A stretch of 64,000 nucleotides of DNA from a cyanobacterium endosymbiont of Rhopalodia gibba. Lineage in GTDB: Bacteria > Cyanobacteriota > Cyanobacteriia > Cyanobacteriales > Microcystaceae. Of this stretch, positions 37,219 through 49,950 are shown one piece after another. The DNA is taken from assembly GCA_045159875.1 (NCBI GenBank), contig CP067995.1, positions 2,304,001-2,368,000 on the forward strand, read 5' to 3'. The notes beneath the pieces were generated by a model. The model searched no databases and was not told the DNA's origin. It worked only from the letters and a program-made list of their open reading frames with translations. The position numbers and the translations under genes are program-made. Positions within the stretch are counted from its first letter, which is position 1; each line of letters opens with the position of its first letter.

Positions 37219-38406
37219 CTATTGCTGGTAACAAATTCCCGCTTGTTGAAGACGCAGTAGAGCTTCTTCTAAACGATCACAATCAGCGATTAGACTAATA
37301 CGAACATATCCTTCACCCCCCTCCCCAAAAGCATTACCAGGAGTAAATACAATCCCTGTTTTTTGTAACACATCGAGAGCAAAATCCGTCGAATTTATTC
37401 CCAATGGACAGGGAACCCAAAGATACATAGTCGCTTTAGAAGGAGTCATTTGCCAGCCCAATTTTCTTAAGCCGTTAATCAAAAAGTCTCGCCGTTTTTG
37501 GTAGCGTTCTTGAACTTGTTTGATGTAGATATCTGGCAGTTGTAAAGCTGTTTGGGCTGCGGTTTGGATAGCGGAAAAGATCCCATAATCCAAATTAGTT
37601 TTTAGGGTTCTTAGTCCCTGAATAATATCAGCATTACCCACTACAAACCCCACACGCCATCCAGCCATATTGTAAGTTTTCGAGAGAGTATGAAACTCCA
37701 CACCGATTTTTTTAGCCTCTGGAATCTCCAATAAACTAGTGGGTTGATAACCATCAAAAGCCAGTTCCGCATAACATAAATCGTGGACTAAAATAATTTC
37801 GTAGTGATTAGCCCAGCTGACAATTTCCTCAAAGAATTCTCTTGGAGCAGTTGCTGTTGTTGGATTATTAGGATAATTGAAATAGATTAGTTTAGCTCGT
37901 TGAGCAATGCTTTCAGAGATCTTAGTCAAATCAATCAACCAGTCTTGTTCAACTGATAAAATAAGCGGATATAACTCTCCTCCAGCAATTAAAGGACCAC
38001 GAAAATGGGCGGGGTATGCAGGACTAGGGACTAATACCACATCCCCAGGATTCACATAAGCTAAAGCTAAATGAACTAAACCTTCTTTAGAACCAATTAA
38101 GGGCAATACTTCACAACTAGGATCGAGATCTACGTTGTAACACTTTTGGTACCAGGCTGTAATGGATTGGCGAAAACTAGCAGTTCCTTCGAAAGGAGGA
38201 TAGCCGTGGATTTGGGGTTCAGCTAAAGAGGTAATTGCTGCATTAATGACAGGTTGAGGCGCACAACCGTCTGGATTGCCCATTCCTAAGTCAATCAAAT
38301 CTAATCCTTGTTCGGTTGCCCGTGTTTTAAGTTCATCTAAACGGGCAAAAACATAGGGGGGTAAAGCCTTTAAGCGATCAGCACGGCGAATCCAGTTGAC
38401 ACTCAT
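37219..38406 (-). CDS. PLP-dependent class I/II aminotransferase (aspartate / LL-diaminopimelate aminotransferase-like)
   Basis: LPPYVFARLD, DLGMGNPD, NYPNNPT, HDLCY, TLSKTYNMAGWRVG. Confidence 0.88.
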   Translation of the reverse strand: MSVNWIRRADRLKALPPYVFARLDELKTRATEQGLDLIDLGMGNPDGCAPQPVINAAITSLAEPQIHGYPPFEGTASFRQSITAWYQKCYNVDLDPSCEVLPLIGSKEGLVHLALAYVNPGDVVLVPSPAYPAHFRGPLIAGGELYPLILSVEQDWLIDLTKISESIAQRAKLIYFNYPNNPTTATAPREFFEEIVSWANHYEIILVHDLCYAELAFDGYQPTSLLEIPEAKKIGVEFHTLSKTYNMAGWRVGFVVGNADIIQGLRTLKTNLDYGIFSAIQTAAQTALQLPDIYIKQVQERYQKRRDFLINGLRKLGWQMTPSKATMYLWVPCPLGINSTDFALDVLQKTGIVFTPGNAFGEGGEGYVRISLIADCDRLEEALLRLQQAGICYQQ

Positions 38407-39636
38407 CGTTACGGAAGCTTAGCAAAATATACACAGGTTTTCATTTTCCCATTAGTAAGGCCATTCTAACTATTTATTCATTGACAATATCTTACTTTTC
38501 TAGAATTCACAACAAATTGGTAAAAAATTCTTTTTTATAGTGTGGAGAAAGAATTTTTTGTTTTCGTTTATTGTCAGACCAGGTCATTTTCAGAGAAAAA
38601 TCTTAAACGGAGGGAAGCTATTTTAGTACAAGTAGTCTCAGCATTGAGGGTAAGTCCAATCAGAAGAAATTAGAAGTTATATTTTTTTCTGATTTAGCCT
38701 GACTTAATTCTACTTTTTCTAAAGTTTAAAGCGGTTCATTGATGCTTTGGGATCGATCATCAATTTTAGCCAAACATTCTAGAATTATATTTTTAAAGAC
38801 TGGTGGGAGATTCGATTGAGAAGGCATGGGTTTAAGTTTGTCAAGTGGGTTTTATGTCAACCTTCAAGAGTTTTCTAAGAAAATGGAAATTCCAAAAATC
38901 CAAACAAGATATAAAGTTTTTACCAATTCTCTTAAAGTCTCATCTCATGTAATAAAGACGTTACTCGGAGAGTCACAGAATAGAACTCCTCTTAAAATAA
39001 AATGCCTTTGTAAGTATATTTGTTTTGTTAGCATTAAAAAATGATTAAGTAGCACACAGCTAAACTTACTGATTTCGCTAAGAGGCTCCTCTTCAGAGGA
39101 TTACATCCCTATAGAAGACAATTTTTCTTTCATCTACACCACAGTCTTCAATAATAGATAGACTCTTCCCCTAAGGGAGTATAAACCGTTCACACATACA
39201 TATTATCTTTACAGTAGGGGGCTCGGATTAAGTATGATAGTCGTTGAGTACTTGTAACAATAAATTCGAGTTAACTTTCTAAGGTCACTTCCATGGTATT
39301 AGATTTGGATAGTGACCTTGTAAGATTTCACTTGACAAACAATTAAGTACTGTTGCCGAGGAGATAAAAAGTTTTAAGTCTGCTACGCTGTTGACGATTA
39401 TCCAAGAGCCAATATCGTTGAATAATCAAATCAAAAGCAATAGAACCTTTTTTTTATTCTCTTTAATAAGCTGTGCTTAAGTGTCTGGGCTCCATTAAGA
39501 ATATGTGAATCGATCTATTATCTCTGATTCCCCTTGACAAGAATGATTAAAGACTTTTAGTTTTGAGCTCAAATTGAAGGTTTCTTTCCTATCTTTAGGT
39601 AATTATTTACATAATGGCGATTTACACTGCAACCTT

Positions 39637-40830
39637 CTAGCCTAAATACTTAGAACTAAGGCTATTTTTTTTCCAGTCAATGGGCAGATGAATTTCTCCT
39701 AATAGCATGGGCTGTTTTCCCCCGGTTACTTGGGGTAAGTTACCCGATATACGACAAACAAACCGCCAGTAAGCTAGGACACTAAAAGCAATAGATTCTT
39801 TGAAGTCTGTACTGATTCCGAGATCATTGGTAGTCAAAATTTGGGAATTAAGTGAGTGTTTTTGTAATCGTTTGGCCAAATATTGATTACGACTTCCTCC
39901 ACCACATAGTAGAATCTCATCAATAGGTTTATTAATAAATCTGTGATAGCTATCAGCAATTGAGGCGGCTGTTAGTTCTGTTATGGTGGCTAACCAGTCT
40001 TCGTTTGTGAGATGATACATTTGTGCGTCTTGCCAACATTGTTCTAGGTAAACATAGCCAAATAGTTCTCGTCCCGTTGATTTAGGTGGTGTTTGTTGAA
40101 AAAATTCTTGTTTTAGCCATTGTCGGACTAAGGGTTCACAGGGAGTTCCCTTAGACGCCCATTGACCATTATTATCGTAGGTTTGTCGACCATTAGTCAA
40201 TTTTTGAACGGCTAGGTCGATTAAGATATTTCCTGGACCTGTATCCCATCCACGAATTTCTTGTTCCCAGTGGGGTTGTTGATGGGGAGGTAGATAAGTA
40301 ACATTCCCAATTCCTCCAATGTTTTGAACACAGCGATGGCGGGTAGTATGGCCTAGCAAGTAGGCGTCAACCTTAGATACTAAAGGCGCACCTTGTCCTC
40401 CAACAGCGATATCAGCCACCCGAAAGTTACTGACGGTAGGAATCCCTGTTAAATTGGCAATAACTGATCCTCGCCCCAATTGCACACTATATCCCAATTC
40501 AGTTTTTTTGTTATTCTCCTTAAGAGGTCGGTGAAAAACAGTTTGTCCATGAGATCCAATTAATTCTACTTGGGGATGGCTTTCTTGAATTATTTTGGCT
40601 GCCTGGGCAAAACAATAGGCTACAGAATCATCTAATCGGGCAAATTCTTCAATAGAAATTGGTTTTCCTCCACAAACTTCTATTATTTGGGCTCTGAGTC
40701 CTTTGGGATAGGGATAGATTTCTCCCGAAAGTAAATTAATTTTTAAGTCTAGTTCTGTTCCGGTAATTTCGACTAAAGCAGCATCAATTCCATCAACAGA
40801 TGTGCCACTCATTAAACCAACGCAATACAT
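39637..40830 (-). CDS. anmK: Anhydro-N-acetylmuramic acid kinase
   Basis: [53 protein letters not shown]; start may be 40830-40851. Confidence 0.96.
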   Translation of the reverse strand: MYCVGLMSGTSVDGIDAALVEITGTELDLKINLLSGEIYPYPKGLRAQIIEVCGGKPISIEEFARLDDSVAYCFAQAAKIIQESHPQVELIGSHGQTVFHRPLKENNKKTELGYSVQLGRGSVIANLTGIPTVSNFRVADIAVGGQGAPLVSKVDAYLLGHTTRHRCVQNIGGIGNVTYLPPHQQPHWEQEIRGWDTGPGNILIDLAVQKLTNGRQTYDNNGQWASKGTPCEPLVRQWLKQEFFQQTPPKSTGRELFGYVYLEQCWQDAQMYHLTNEDWLATITELTAASIADSYHRFINKPIDEILLCGGGSRNQYLAKRLQKHSLNSQILTTNDLGISTDFKESIAFSVLAYWRFVCRISGNLPQVTGGKQPMLLGEIHLPIDWKKNSLSSKYLG

Positions 40831-42866
40831 AATTTTGCTCCTCATTGTCAAAAAGTTGAGTCAATGAATTTTTTCTAGAGTTCTAGAATGGTGTTTTCTA
40901 AACTTAAATTACATCATTTATATAATTGATGGTAACCATCTGACGTCTTATCATAAAAATGATAAACAAGTTTATTTCTCATATATCAAGAATGACTTGT
41001 ATATGAAAATTTTCTCAAATTTTATCGATTTTATTAAGACCTTTAAGAGGAAATACCAGGATAAGTTCTTTGTTTTTTTATCATTGCTAAGATATTTATC
41101 TTGATTTTTTTTAAAAAATTGATTACTTTAAGAAGTAAATTTAATTAATTTTCTTTATTCTAGATTGATAGAATGTACATTTTACTATATTTAATATTTT
41201 TTAGTTCTACTAAGCCTTTTGTGTACAAACAATAATATAAGGGTAAGGTTTAATTATTAATTAAAGACTTATCACAGGCTATTTTGAGTACCTAAATAGG
41301 ATCCTACTATATTTTATCTTTAAATTAAGGTATGTCAGACTCAATATTTTTGCTTAACTTATACTTAAGGTATCAAGTACTGAACTAAGTTAAATATATA
41401 AGGTTTTAAATATAGAAATATTTACTATATTTAAACTTACATTCATTCATTGTAATGACAATACCAAAATTTTTTAGACGATTAATTTCAAGAAAATACG
41501 GTTTTTATTTAAAAGTTATTTATTATCAATAATAACAGGAAATATTCTGAAAAATGTTGAGATCAAAATATAAATTATAAAAAAACAAATAAAAATATTT
41601 TTTTATAATTCAAACAACAATTGGCAAATAAAAAAAATTGAGATATTCAAAAAATAGACAATTAATACAATTACTGTTATGAAAAATAAAAAATATTATA
41701 TAGTCTTAGTAAGACTAAATCAAAAAGTAGCTAGAGAATTAGATGATAATATAATTAATTAGTCCATGTCATAGATTTAAGTATTAACAGAGATATTTTG
41801 CAGAATAAAACAAGTTATTAACTAAATAATCGAAGGATAATCCTTAATTTTAATAAAAAATAAAAAATTTTTGAATAATAGTCAAAGACAAAGATATTTA
41901 GATTTTAAATAATAAAAAATATATTTTACATAAAAATAAATAAATAAAAAGATAAAAAGTAAAATTAAACTAGATATGTAAAACGTCACTATACTATTTT
42001 ATCGAAAAAAACAATCATAAAGAGAGATTTAAGATAATTTGTGATAAGAACTTAGACTAAGTATCAGAACTATAAAAAATAGCTAATTAGCATCAAAAAG
42101 TTGTAGTATAATCATGTGTTTTTATATAACAAACTGTCTATTCTATTTTTACCAGGAAAAAATTTAAGAACTAGTAGGAGGTATTAACAATAAATCGAAG
42201 TTAATTAAAATAAAAACTTATAGATTCAGAAATTTAGTCAATTTTTAAGGCTTAAGTCTTTTTAATTGGCATTTTTTTAGTAAATTCTACATCCTGAGTT
42301 CAAAATAAACAATTTTTGTAACAGAAGAATGTCAGGTCAAGAATTTAGCCATAATTTTGTCTGGGAAATTCAGTTAATATCTAACTTAGATAGTAATCAG
42401 GTAAATATTATGACTTTTATTTTAAAAATGATAGAGAACGTAGTCTTTCCTTCTAGTGATTTATTAATGAATGAACTCCTAATTAAAACCAAAGTGCACT
42501 TAAAACAATTAATACTTTTAATTAATTTTTAGGATTATTGTAGGAAACTCAGCAAAATTTTTATTTGTTCGGCTGTTTGGTAATTTAAGCATATAAAAAT
42601 TAGGTAGTTTAGTAAGAAAGAGAAAAATATACTAATTTAATCATTGAAAAAAACTATGGAGTTAATAATTAAGACTGTATTTAAGTTATTAACAATAAGT
42701 AGCTACGGTTCTTGATTCCGCAAAAATAAAAATTGTTTTTAACTTGAGAAGAAACCGTAAGACGTACAACTGAAAAGTCATACAAATTGGGAATTAACTT
42801 TGACAATATCTAAAATAAAAAAATCGATTTATATTTAGTCATTAACATTGTTAGTAGTACTTAATC

Positions 42867-43769
42867 TTAATCAAGCAAAGGCAACAATAAAGTTACAAAA
42901 TAATAGACTAAAGGAGCGGTAAAAACATAACTATCAGTGCGATCTAAAATCCCTCCGTGACCAGGAATTAATTGACCTGAATCTTTTACTCCAGCATCTC
43001 GTTTCATCATTGACTCAGTCAAGTCACCTAATAAGCTAACGATACCAATTAATGTTCCTAACAAGAGTCCAGTTAAATACCCATACGGCCAAGTTAAATA
43101 CCAAGCTCCTAATTCAGCGACGATAATACTCCCTAATAGTCCAAAAATTGCTCCTTCAACTGTTTTTTTAGGACTAATATCAGACAGGCGCGTTTTCCCT
43201 AACCATTTTCCCATAATATAAGCTCCAATATCTGCCGCCCAAATACAGCTAAAGGCAATAAAAGTCACCATTAACGTAGGGGAAAATAAGTTAGGTTCAG
43301 TCCATGATTTAGTCCAAAATCCCATCAATGAGAAATTATTACTAGCAATATTCACCGTGGGAACTGTATTGGCAAACCCGACCCGTAATCTTATCCAGTA
43401 ACTAGGTAAATACCCCCCATAAAATAACCCTAAGATAGAGGTTGAGATATCAGCAATAGTGGCTAGTTTAGATTGGAATAACAAGTAAAAACAAATTAAA
43501 GCCCCTGTTAAAGGAAATAGGGCATCGGTGAGGGGAGGAGCTACAGCAGCAGTGATTAGTAATAATTGAGACACTCCTAAAGTGGTTTTAGCAGCAGGGA
43601 CAATACCTTTTGCCCGGACTAATTGAAAATATTCTAGTTGTCCTAAGAAAACGATTAGGCAAAGTCCTAGGGTGAAATACCACCCTCCAACAATGAGCAT
43701 GGTCAAGGCAAGGGCAATGGTAACAATAGTACTGATAATCCGAGTCCAAGGCATAAGCTGGAATGACAT
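42867..43769 (-). CDS. cdsA: Phosphatidate cytidylyltransferase
   Basis: WAADIGAY..GK, ISPKKTVEG, GDLTESMMKRDAGVKDSGQLIPGHGGILDRTDS. Confidence 0.96.
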   Translation of the reverse strand: MSFQLMPWTRIISTIVTIALALTMLIVGGWYFTLGLCLIVFLGQLEYFQLVRAKGIVPAAKTTLGVSQLLLITAAVAPPLTDALFPLTGALICFYLLFQSKLATIADISTSILGLFYGGYLPSYWIRLRVGFANTVPTVNIASNNFSLMGFWTKSWTEPNLFSPTLMVTFIAFSCIWAADIGAYIMGKWLGKTRLSDISPKKTVEGAIFGLLGSIIVAELGAWYLTWPYGYLTGLLLGTLIGIVSLLGDLTESMMKRDAGVKDSGQLIPGHGGILDRTDSYVFTAPLVYYFVTLLLPLLD

Positions 43770-43930
43770 TTAGGTGAAAAGATCAAGAAATTCTTATAAA
43801 GGAAAAACAAATGTTTATGAAAAATTAACGAGTCCTCTTATCTCTAATCGTATAAATCTTCTGAGGCTGAAAGCAGGTTAACTTGAATTAAAGAAAATGT
43901 TTTCACGTTACCAACTTCTTCATTTAGAGA

Positions 43931-44521
43931 TTAAAATTTTTCTCCACTCAGAATAAAACTAGGATCAACAGCAGCAAAAACTTGATGAAGTCCTCTAGTC
44001 TCTAGACGATTTACCCCTGATTGAACAACTTCTATATTACGCGCTTGTAGTGAGGCTAACCCTTCGGAAATCAAATACAGGGTTTCTAGATTACTTGCCG
44101 TGGCTATTAACCTACCTTCAGGCTTTAAAAATTGCCAAGCTTCTGTCACGATATTTTTAATTGGCCGGCCCCCTTCGATACAAATACGGTCAGGTAAGGG
44201 TTGCAATTGGTCGAAACATTCAGGTGCACTACTTTCAAAAATCGTGACATTTTTGACTCCAAAGCGATCACAATTATTGCGAATTAGTTTTACAACGTCT
44301 TCGTCTCGTTCGACAGCAATAATAGTACTTTCAGGACATAGCAAACCAATTTCTACGGGAATTGTACCTGTTCCTGCACCTATATCCCAGAAAATTGAGT
44401 TAGCATTCAATCGTAGAGCAGAAATTAACAATAGACGAACTTCTCGTTTACTTAGGGGAATTCCCGGAAAGCACTCGAAAAGATGATCTGGAATGCCAGG
44501 AGTTTTATAAGGCCAAAGCAT
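43931..44521 (-). CDS. cbiT: Precorrin-6Y C5,15-methyltransferase (decarboxylating) CbiT subunit
   Basis: MLWPYKTPGIPD..F..PGIPLSKREVR, WDIGAGTGTI; ATG at 44521. Confidence 0.9.
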   Translation of the reverse strand: MLWPYKTPGIPDHLFECFPGIPLSKREVRLLLISALRLNANSIFWDIGAGTGTIPVEIGLLCPESTIIAVERDEDVVKLIRNNCDRFGVKNVTIFESSAPECFDQLQPLPDRICIEGGRPIKNIVTEAWQFLKPEGRLIATASNLETLYLISEGLASLQARNIEVVQSGVNRLETRGLHQVFAAVDPSFILSGEKF

Positions 44522-44616
44522 AAGACAGTAGTATAATTTGACAATGATAATTAAGTCTATTATCGAAGTAAATGGGCAATCAGAAACACTAAAATAGTGT
44601 CTCATTTTTTAAACTT

Positions 44617-45717
44617 TTAGTTTAACCAATAACCAAATTCTTCTATGAATCGATTGTCTAAAATAGCTTCTCGAATTCGTTGAGTAAACCTAACTAATTC
44701 CGTAACGTTGTGTAGGGATAGAAGGGTGTGCCCTAACATTTCCTGTGATCGCACTAAATGATTTAAATATGCCCGGCTAAAAGTCTGACAGGTATAACAG
44801 GTACAATCGGCATCAAGGGGACCAAAATCCTCGCGGAACTGGGAATTTTTTAGATTCCAACGTTCTCCTCTCACTAATGCAGTTCCGTGGCGGCCAAAAC
44901 GAGTAGGAATTACACAGTCAAATAAATCAATCCCGGACGCGATTGTCATAGCCATCTCCCGATAAGTTCCCACTCCCATTAAATAACGAGGTTTAGTCGC
45001 TGGAAGCAAGGGTGCGGTAATTTGTACAATTTCTCGAATTAAGGCGGGATCTTCCCCTACACTAACTCCTCCGATAGCATATCCGGGTAAATCGAAGTCT
45101 ATCAAAGACTTAGCTGCTGATCTCCTTAATTCTGGATAAATTCCCCCTTGAACAATGCCAAACAAAGCTTGATCCTGGGGACGTTGGTGAGCATCAATAC
45201 ACCGTTCTAACCAACGATAGGTACGTTCAGTGGCTGCTGCAACCGTTGAATAATCTGCTTTACCTGGGGGACATTCATCAAAAGCCATAATCACATCAGC
45301 TCCCAAAGTATTTTGAATATGTATTGAACGTTCGGGAGTCAGTTCAATAATTCGTCCATCCCTAGGAGAACGGAAAGTTACGCCAATTTCTCGAACTTGG
45401 CGCAACTCACTGAGACTAAACACTTGAAATCCACCAGAATCGGTAAGAATTGGACCTTTCCATGCCATAAATTGATGTAGTCCCCCGGCTTTTTTGATCA
45501 GGGTTTCTCCGGGTTGCAAATGTAGGTGATAAGTATTGGCTAAAACCATCTGCGCTCCCGTAGTTTCCAGTTGAGCAGGGGTCAGCCCTTTCACTGTCGC
45601 TAAGGTCCCCACAGGCATAAATCGAGGGGTTTCTACCAGTCCATGAGGGGTGTGCCAAACTCCGACTCTAGCGAGAGTTTGACAACATTTTTTTTGAGTT
45701 TGAAAAGAAAATCCCAA
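44617..45717 (-). CDS. tgt: tRNA-guanine transglycosylase
   Basis: [38 protein letters not shown] zinc site. Confidence 0.97.
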   Translation of the reverse strand: MGFSFQTQKKCCQTLARVGVWHTPHGLVETPRFMPVGTLATVKGLTPAQLETTGAQMVLANTYHLHLQPGETLIKKAGGLHQFMAWKGPILTDSGGFQVFSLSELRQVREIGVTFRSPRDGRIIELTPERSIHIQNTLGADVIMAFDECPPGKADYSTVAAATERTYRWLERCIDAHQRPQDQALFGIVQGGIYPELRRSAAKSLIDFDLPGYAIGGVSVGEDPALIREIVQITAPLLPATKPRYLMGVGTYREMAMTIASGIDLFDCVIPTRFGRHGTALVRGERWNLKNSQFREDFGPLDADCTCYTCQTFSRAYLNHLVRSQEMLGHTLLSLHNVTELVRFTQRIREAILDNRFIEEFGYWLN

Positions 45718-45853
45718 AGTTACTATAAACCCTAAAGTTAACAGATTTATTCCATTGTAACTAAGTCGTTGACATTGAATAGAGATTCAATAGTTTTCTG
45801 CTCAAACCTTTTAAGAGCTCAATCAAAAAAAAATTGTCCTCGAGCAAAAAGAG

Positions 45854-46900
45854 TAGAAAATGAATGTGGTATGCAAAGCACAAACCTAGATATTATTGTT
45901 GTCATTATTACCATCGAGAATGACGTAAACTTTAGAGATAAGCTAGGATATTTTTGTCTAAGGGCGATATTAAGTTTCCACAATGCATTGATTATCTCAA
46001 GATTGAGACTATAACTATTATTCCCTAAGTTATCTAAACCCTGCGCTTTAGCGAGGGACTAAGCTCCTCAAGCAGAGAAATTAAACATCAATCTGTCAGT
46101 CTTCTGTAAGGTAGTAGTCCCACCAAAGAAAGAAGAGCTGACGATTAGCTAAGATAAAAATAGAGATAAGCAAAAGTAAAATACAGAAAAGACTATGAGT
46201 TTGGTAAACTTTGAATTGTGTCTCTTTGTTGAAACGGCCTTTAAATAAACCGTTTCCCAGAGAGGATCCGCCACTATTATCAGTTGAATAAAAACTCTGA
46301 CTCTTCAGTAAAAAATATAAAGGGATTATCCACATAAAAGACATTGTTAATATCTAAGGGGTTTCCAAAAATATAGATAATTGACTTACTCAGTCAGAAA
46401 CGATAGTAAATATTATCAATAAACTTAATCATTATTACCATCAGAATCATGGCAAGGGCACGTTATATTAGTTCCTGTAGAATCTTACTAACCGATGACG
46501 TTTTGTATTTATTAATACGAGTGTCAGGTAAGTCATCTCTAGTAAAACTGATGTTTAAGATAAATTGTAACCAATAACCTAAAATACTATTGTTGTCAGT
46601 GAATACTCTTCTGAGTAAGTAGATAGTTTTGAATAAACCTTAAAAAAATAAATTATTTTGTGTCTCTAATAGTAACTGCTATAAGTAAGACTTACCTTAA
46701 ATACCTTAGCTACGATAGCTTGATATTTAAATATATTGTCTAAATTTTTCTAAAACTTTACTTGATATTATTGTCTCTTTATTTTTTTATCTAAAATATT
46801 TATGCACTCTGAATAATTATTCACAGCGATTACTGTACGGACTATTTTTTTGTCGCTGTATTTCTATCTAAAATCAATTATTTATTTAGAGTATTTCTAT
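45854..46900 (-). pseudogene. Degraded second copy of the SLH/OprB-type porin
   Basis: Collinear fragments vs intact porin: LNISFTRDD (LNTSFNGKD), IDNIYYRF (IDNLYYRF), GNPLDINNVF (GNSLDVDDIF), LGNGLFKG (LGSGLFNG), AKAQGLDN (GRAQGLDE), GNNDNNNI*VCALHTTFIF (GNNDNNSIWVGALRTTFKF). Confidence 0.88.
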
Positions 46901-47889
46901 TTCCTTATTTTTTTAGATTGTAATTGATACTCATTTTTATTTTTGTTTATATTTTTAGCTTTTTATCTTATGTTTTAGCTGATTGTTAGTGATTATATTG
47001 TTTATCCTCTCTTTATAACTTCTAAGATTTTTTTTTTGTTTTTTAGATAATTCCATATTTGTTTATTTCTTAAACAATCTATTTTTTTGTATTGAAACAA
47101 TAATATTGTCGCTCTTGTTTTAATTTTGTAGAAAATTTTTAGGTCACGAGTCAACTGTTATGTTTCTTGCTCTTCTAATTAAGTTGGCTAAATTTTTAGG
47201 TAGGCTAATATCTAATTACTTAGACATAAATAAGCAGTACTGTGTTAATGTGTATTACAGGACTAAAGGTGAGAGTGAGCGTGATAAATAGATTTAAAAA
47301 TGAATATGTTAACAGAGTGAGGCATAAAAACTTTAATTAACTAATATCATCTCCCCGTTTAAGGGTTTTTCTAAGGTACGAGTAAGAAAGGACTTCATTT
47401 GAGTTAAGTTAAGCTCAAATAATTTTTCAAAAAAAAGATAGAGCTAGTACAAGACAATTGCTAGCAATTGGTGGGAAGATGGAGAAAATTACTATTTATT
47501 TAAAATGGGTTTACTCGATAATTCGCACAACAATCTATCGATGGAACAAAATTATCTTAACAAGAAGTACGAGATACTTCGCAAAGCCGTAAAAAAAATA
47601 TGTTTAAAATATTTAGATTAATGCTGATGTATCTATCAATTCCGAGCTTTGTTTAAACTTCTATACTGTTGTTTGTTTATGTTTAACTATTTAGCTGTTG
47701 CTTTTTCTTTAATTATTTTTAAGCTCACTTATTTAGTAGTTGATCCCCATAACCTAAGCTTAAAAAAAATTTTAAAAAAACAAATATTAGTTAGGAAAAT
47801 TTTTCCTAATTGAGAGATAATAGTCACTAAACTAGAGAAATAGTTAAAATCTTATATAAATCAGATTAACTAAATTTGATTAACCGAGT

Positions 47890-49644
47890 TTAGAATTTAA
47901 AGGTGGTTCGTAAAGCCCCAACCCAAATACTGTTGTTGTCATTATTACCCTCAGGTTGAAGAACAACATAAAAACCAGGAGTTAGCAAAATGTTTTTGGT
48001 GAGGGGGTATTGATATTGAGCTTCAATGATGTAAGGAATATCCTGGTCAGGAACTTGCAAATCTCCAGTAATGGCATCAACCCGTTGGGTATGGGTAAAA
48101 GCACCGCCTGCAAGGGAGAGAATAGCTCCTTCCCTAAAGACGTCGACGACGTTAAGGGCTGCCATCCAGGACCACAAGTCGGCACCAAAACCGCGACGAC
48201 TGTTTTCATTTTCGTCAAGCCCTTGGGCACGCCCTAATCCATAACCTACCCAACCGGTTAGGTTAAACATATGATTGATACGCCAGTTACCGTTAGCTCC
48301 GTAAGCATCAAGAATTGTCGGGGTTCCCAAGAAAGGATCACTAGCTAGTCCGCTACCGGTACTAGAAGTCAAGTTAACATGATCCTCTTTGTAGTAAGTG
48401 TGTAGGTAGTGGAAGTTAAAGGCAAGATTGTCAGTCGGATAAAATCCAAGTTGACCCCCTGCGCTGAAGTTACCATTAAATAAGCCGCTTCCTAGTTCAG
48501 GATTAGCACCGTCATCACTAGGGGTTAAATAAAGTCCACGAACAGTGAACATATCATTTAATTCATAGGCAAAACCGGCACCAATACCTTCTTCACCCCG
48601 CATAGTTATAGGGTCACGACGGACAAATCGTGACAAGGCTCCAGTTCCTGAACTTTTTAGGAATGGGTTTCCTTCATCAAAAATATCATCTACATCTAGG
48701 GAGTTACCTCCAACATAACCAGTGAAGTTACCGATGGGAAAACGGTAGTATAAGTTGTCAATTTGAAGATCAGCATCACTGTTAACATCGTGTCCTAATC
48801 GTGCCATGTTAGTCCCTGTGGCACGACTTAAGTTAAAGAGAGTTCCTGCTTCAAGACGAGTAGTTAGTTTATCCTTTCCGTTAAAACTAGTATTTAAGTC
48901 AAGACGAGTTCGATAACCAAAGGTCGCGTTATCGTCAATACGTCGCCGTGCGTCTGTGAATCTACCGTTTTGCAAGTCTTGGTTAAATTCGTCTTGCTCA
49001 CGAGCATCTAAAGCCCGTTCCCCTGACGCAGAGGAGATAGTAAACAGTACTTCCCCTTTGAACTTGGTGGTAGTGGAAAACTGATGATTTTCGAGGAACG
49101 CCATCCTACCTTCGAGGTTATCAACTCGTGCGCCTAAAGCGATTAATTCCTGTTCAAATTCGCGGGCTAATCGCTTGAGTTTTTCAATGTCTTCTCGTAA
49201 GATAGCAACGTTTTCTTGTAAGAGTCGTTCAATGGTATTCAAACAAGCATTTAAGCCTGCTGCAAATTCCCAACGACTGGCAGTTTGGTCGCCTCGGAAA
49301 GTTCGATCAGGATAACCGACAATACAACCATAGCGTTCAACTAGACTTGATAAAGCCTCATAAGTCCAGTCAGTAGGGGATATATCTCGTAATTCCGAAA
49401 CGTTGGTAACTTGGAAGGTAGAAGTACCAGATTTCCGCTTAAAGATACTACGATTAACAGGATTTCTCAATTGGGGACGATTCCGTAGAATCCCTAAAGC
49501 TTCTGTCGAGTTTATCATATCTGGGTTAGCTGCCTCTATCTCCGTTTCTGGAGATGCGATCACCCCTTGAGCAACTAAACATAGAATTCCCAAGACCCCT
49601 GAGGTTGCTTTGAGCATTTGACTAAAGAATCGTAACATTGGCAA
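47890..49644 (-). CDS. Cyanobacterial outer-membrane porin (SLH + OprB; SomA/iron-uptake porin family)
   Basis: Signal peptide, VSELRDISPTDWTYEAL..LVERYGCIVGYPD SLH domain, QFSTTTK, C-terminal LRTTFKF. Confidence 0.94.
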   Translation of the reverse strand: MPMLRFFSQMLKATSGVLGILCLVAQGVIASPETEIEAANPDMINSTEALGILRNRPQLRNPVNRSIFKRKSGTSTFQVTNVSELRDISPTDWTYEALSSLVERYGCIVGYPDRTFRGDQTASRWEFAAGLNACLNTIERLLQENVAILREDIEKLKRLAREFEQELIALGARVDNLEGRMAFLENHQFSTTTKFKGEVLFTISSASGERALDAREQDEFNQDLQNGRFTDARRRIDDNATFGYRTRLDLNTSFNGKDKLTTRLEAGTLFNLSRATGTNMARLGHDVNSDADLQIDNLYYRFPIGNFTGYVGGNSLDVDDIFDEGNPFLKSSGTGALSRFVRRDPITMRGEEGIGAGFAYELNDMFTVRGLYLTPSDDGANPELGSGLFNGNFSAGGQLGFYPTDNLAFNFHYLHTYYKEDHVNLTSSTGSGLASDPFLGTPTILDAYGANGNWRINHMFNLTGWVGYGLGRAQGLDENENSRRGFGADLWSWMAALNVVDVFREGAILSLAGGAFTHTQRVDAITGDLQVPDQDIPYIIEAQYQYPLTKNILLTPGFYVVLQPEGNNDNNSIWVGALRTTFKF

Positions 49645-49950
49645 TAGTTCTCACACCTGAAATAAGGAGTATCAAAACTACAGAGTTTATATAGTATTCT
49701 TTGATACTCAGTTGATCTTATTTTCAACTTCTAATCTACACAGACAAATTATACAAGATAGATCAAAGTCTGGACGAAAATCAGCTAAGTTTTCCCAAAA
49801 GTATTGTAAAACAACGAGCACAAAAGTTTGGGAGCTTTTTATTTTTTAATAATGACAATCTATCTTTTTTGTATTTAAGAAAATATTAAGGGGTTATAGT
49901 AAAGGATACGCTTATTAACTTGATTATGAGAATGCTCTAACAAATTTAGT

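Noticed and set aside
46036..46060. Hairpin ccctgcgctttagcgaggg resembling an IS200/IS605 end
   Set aside because: On the minus strand it encodes SLAKAQGL of the porin pseudogene.
46096..46344. 82-aa ORF as a novel membrane protein
   Set aside because: It is a fragment of the degraded porin paralog running into frameshifted sequence.
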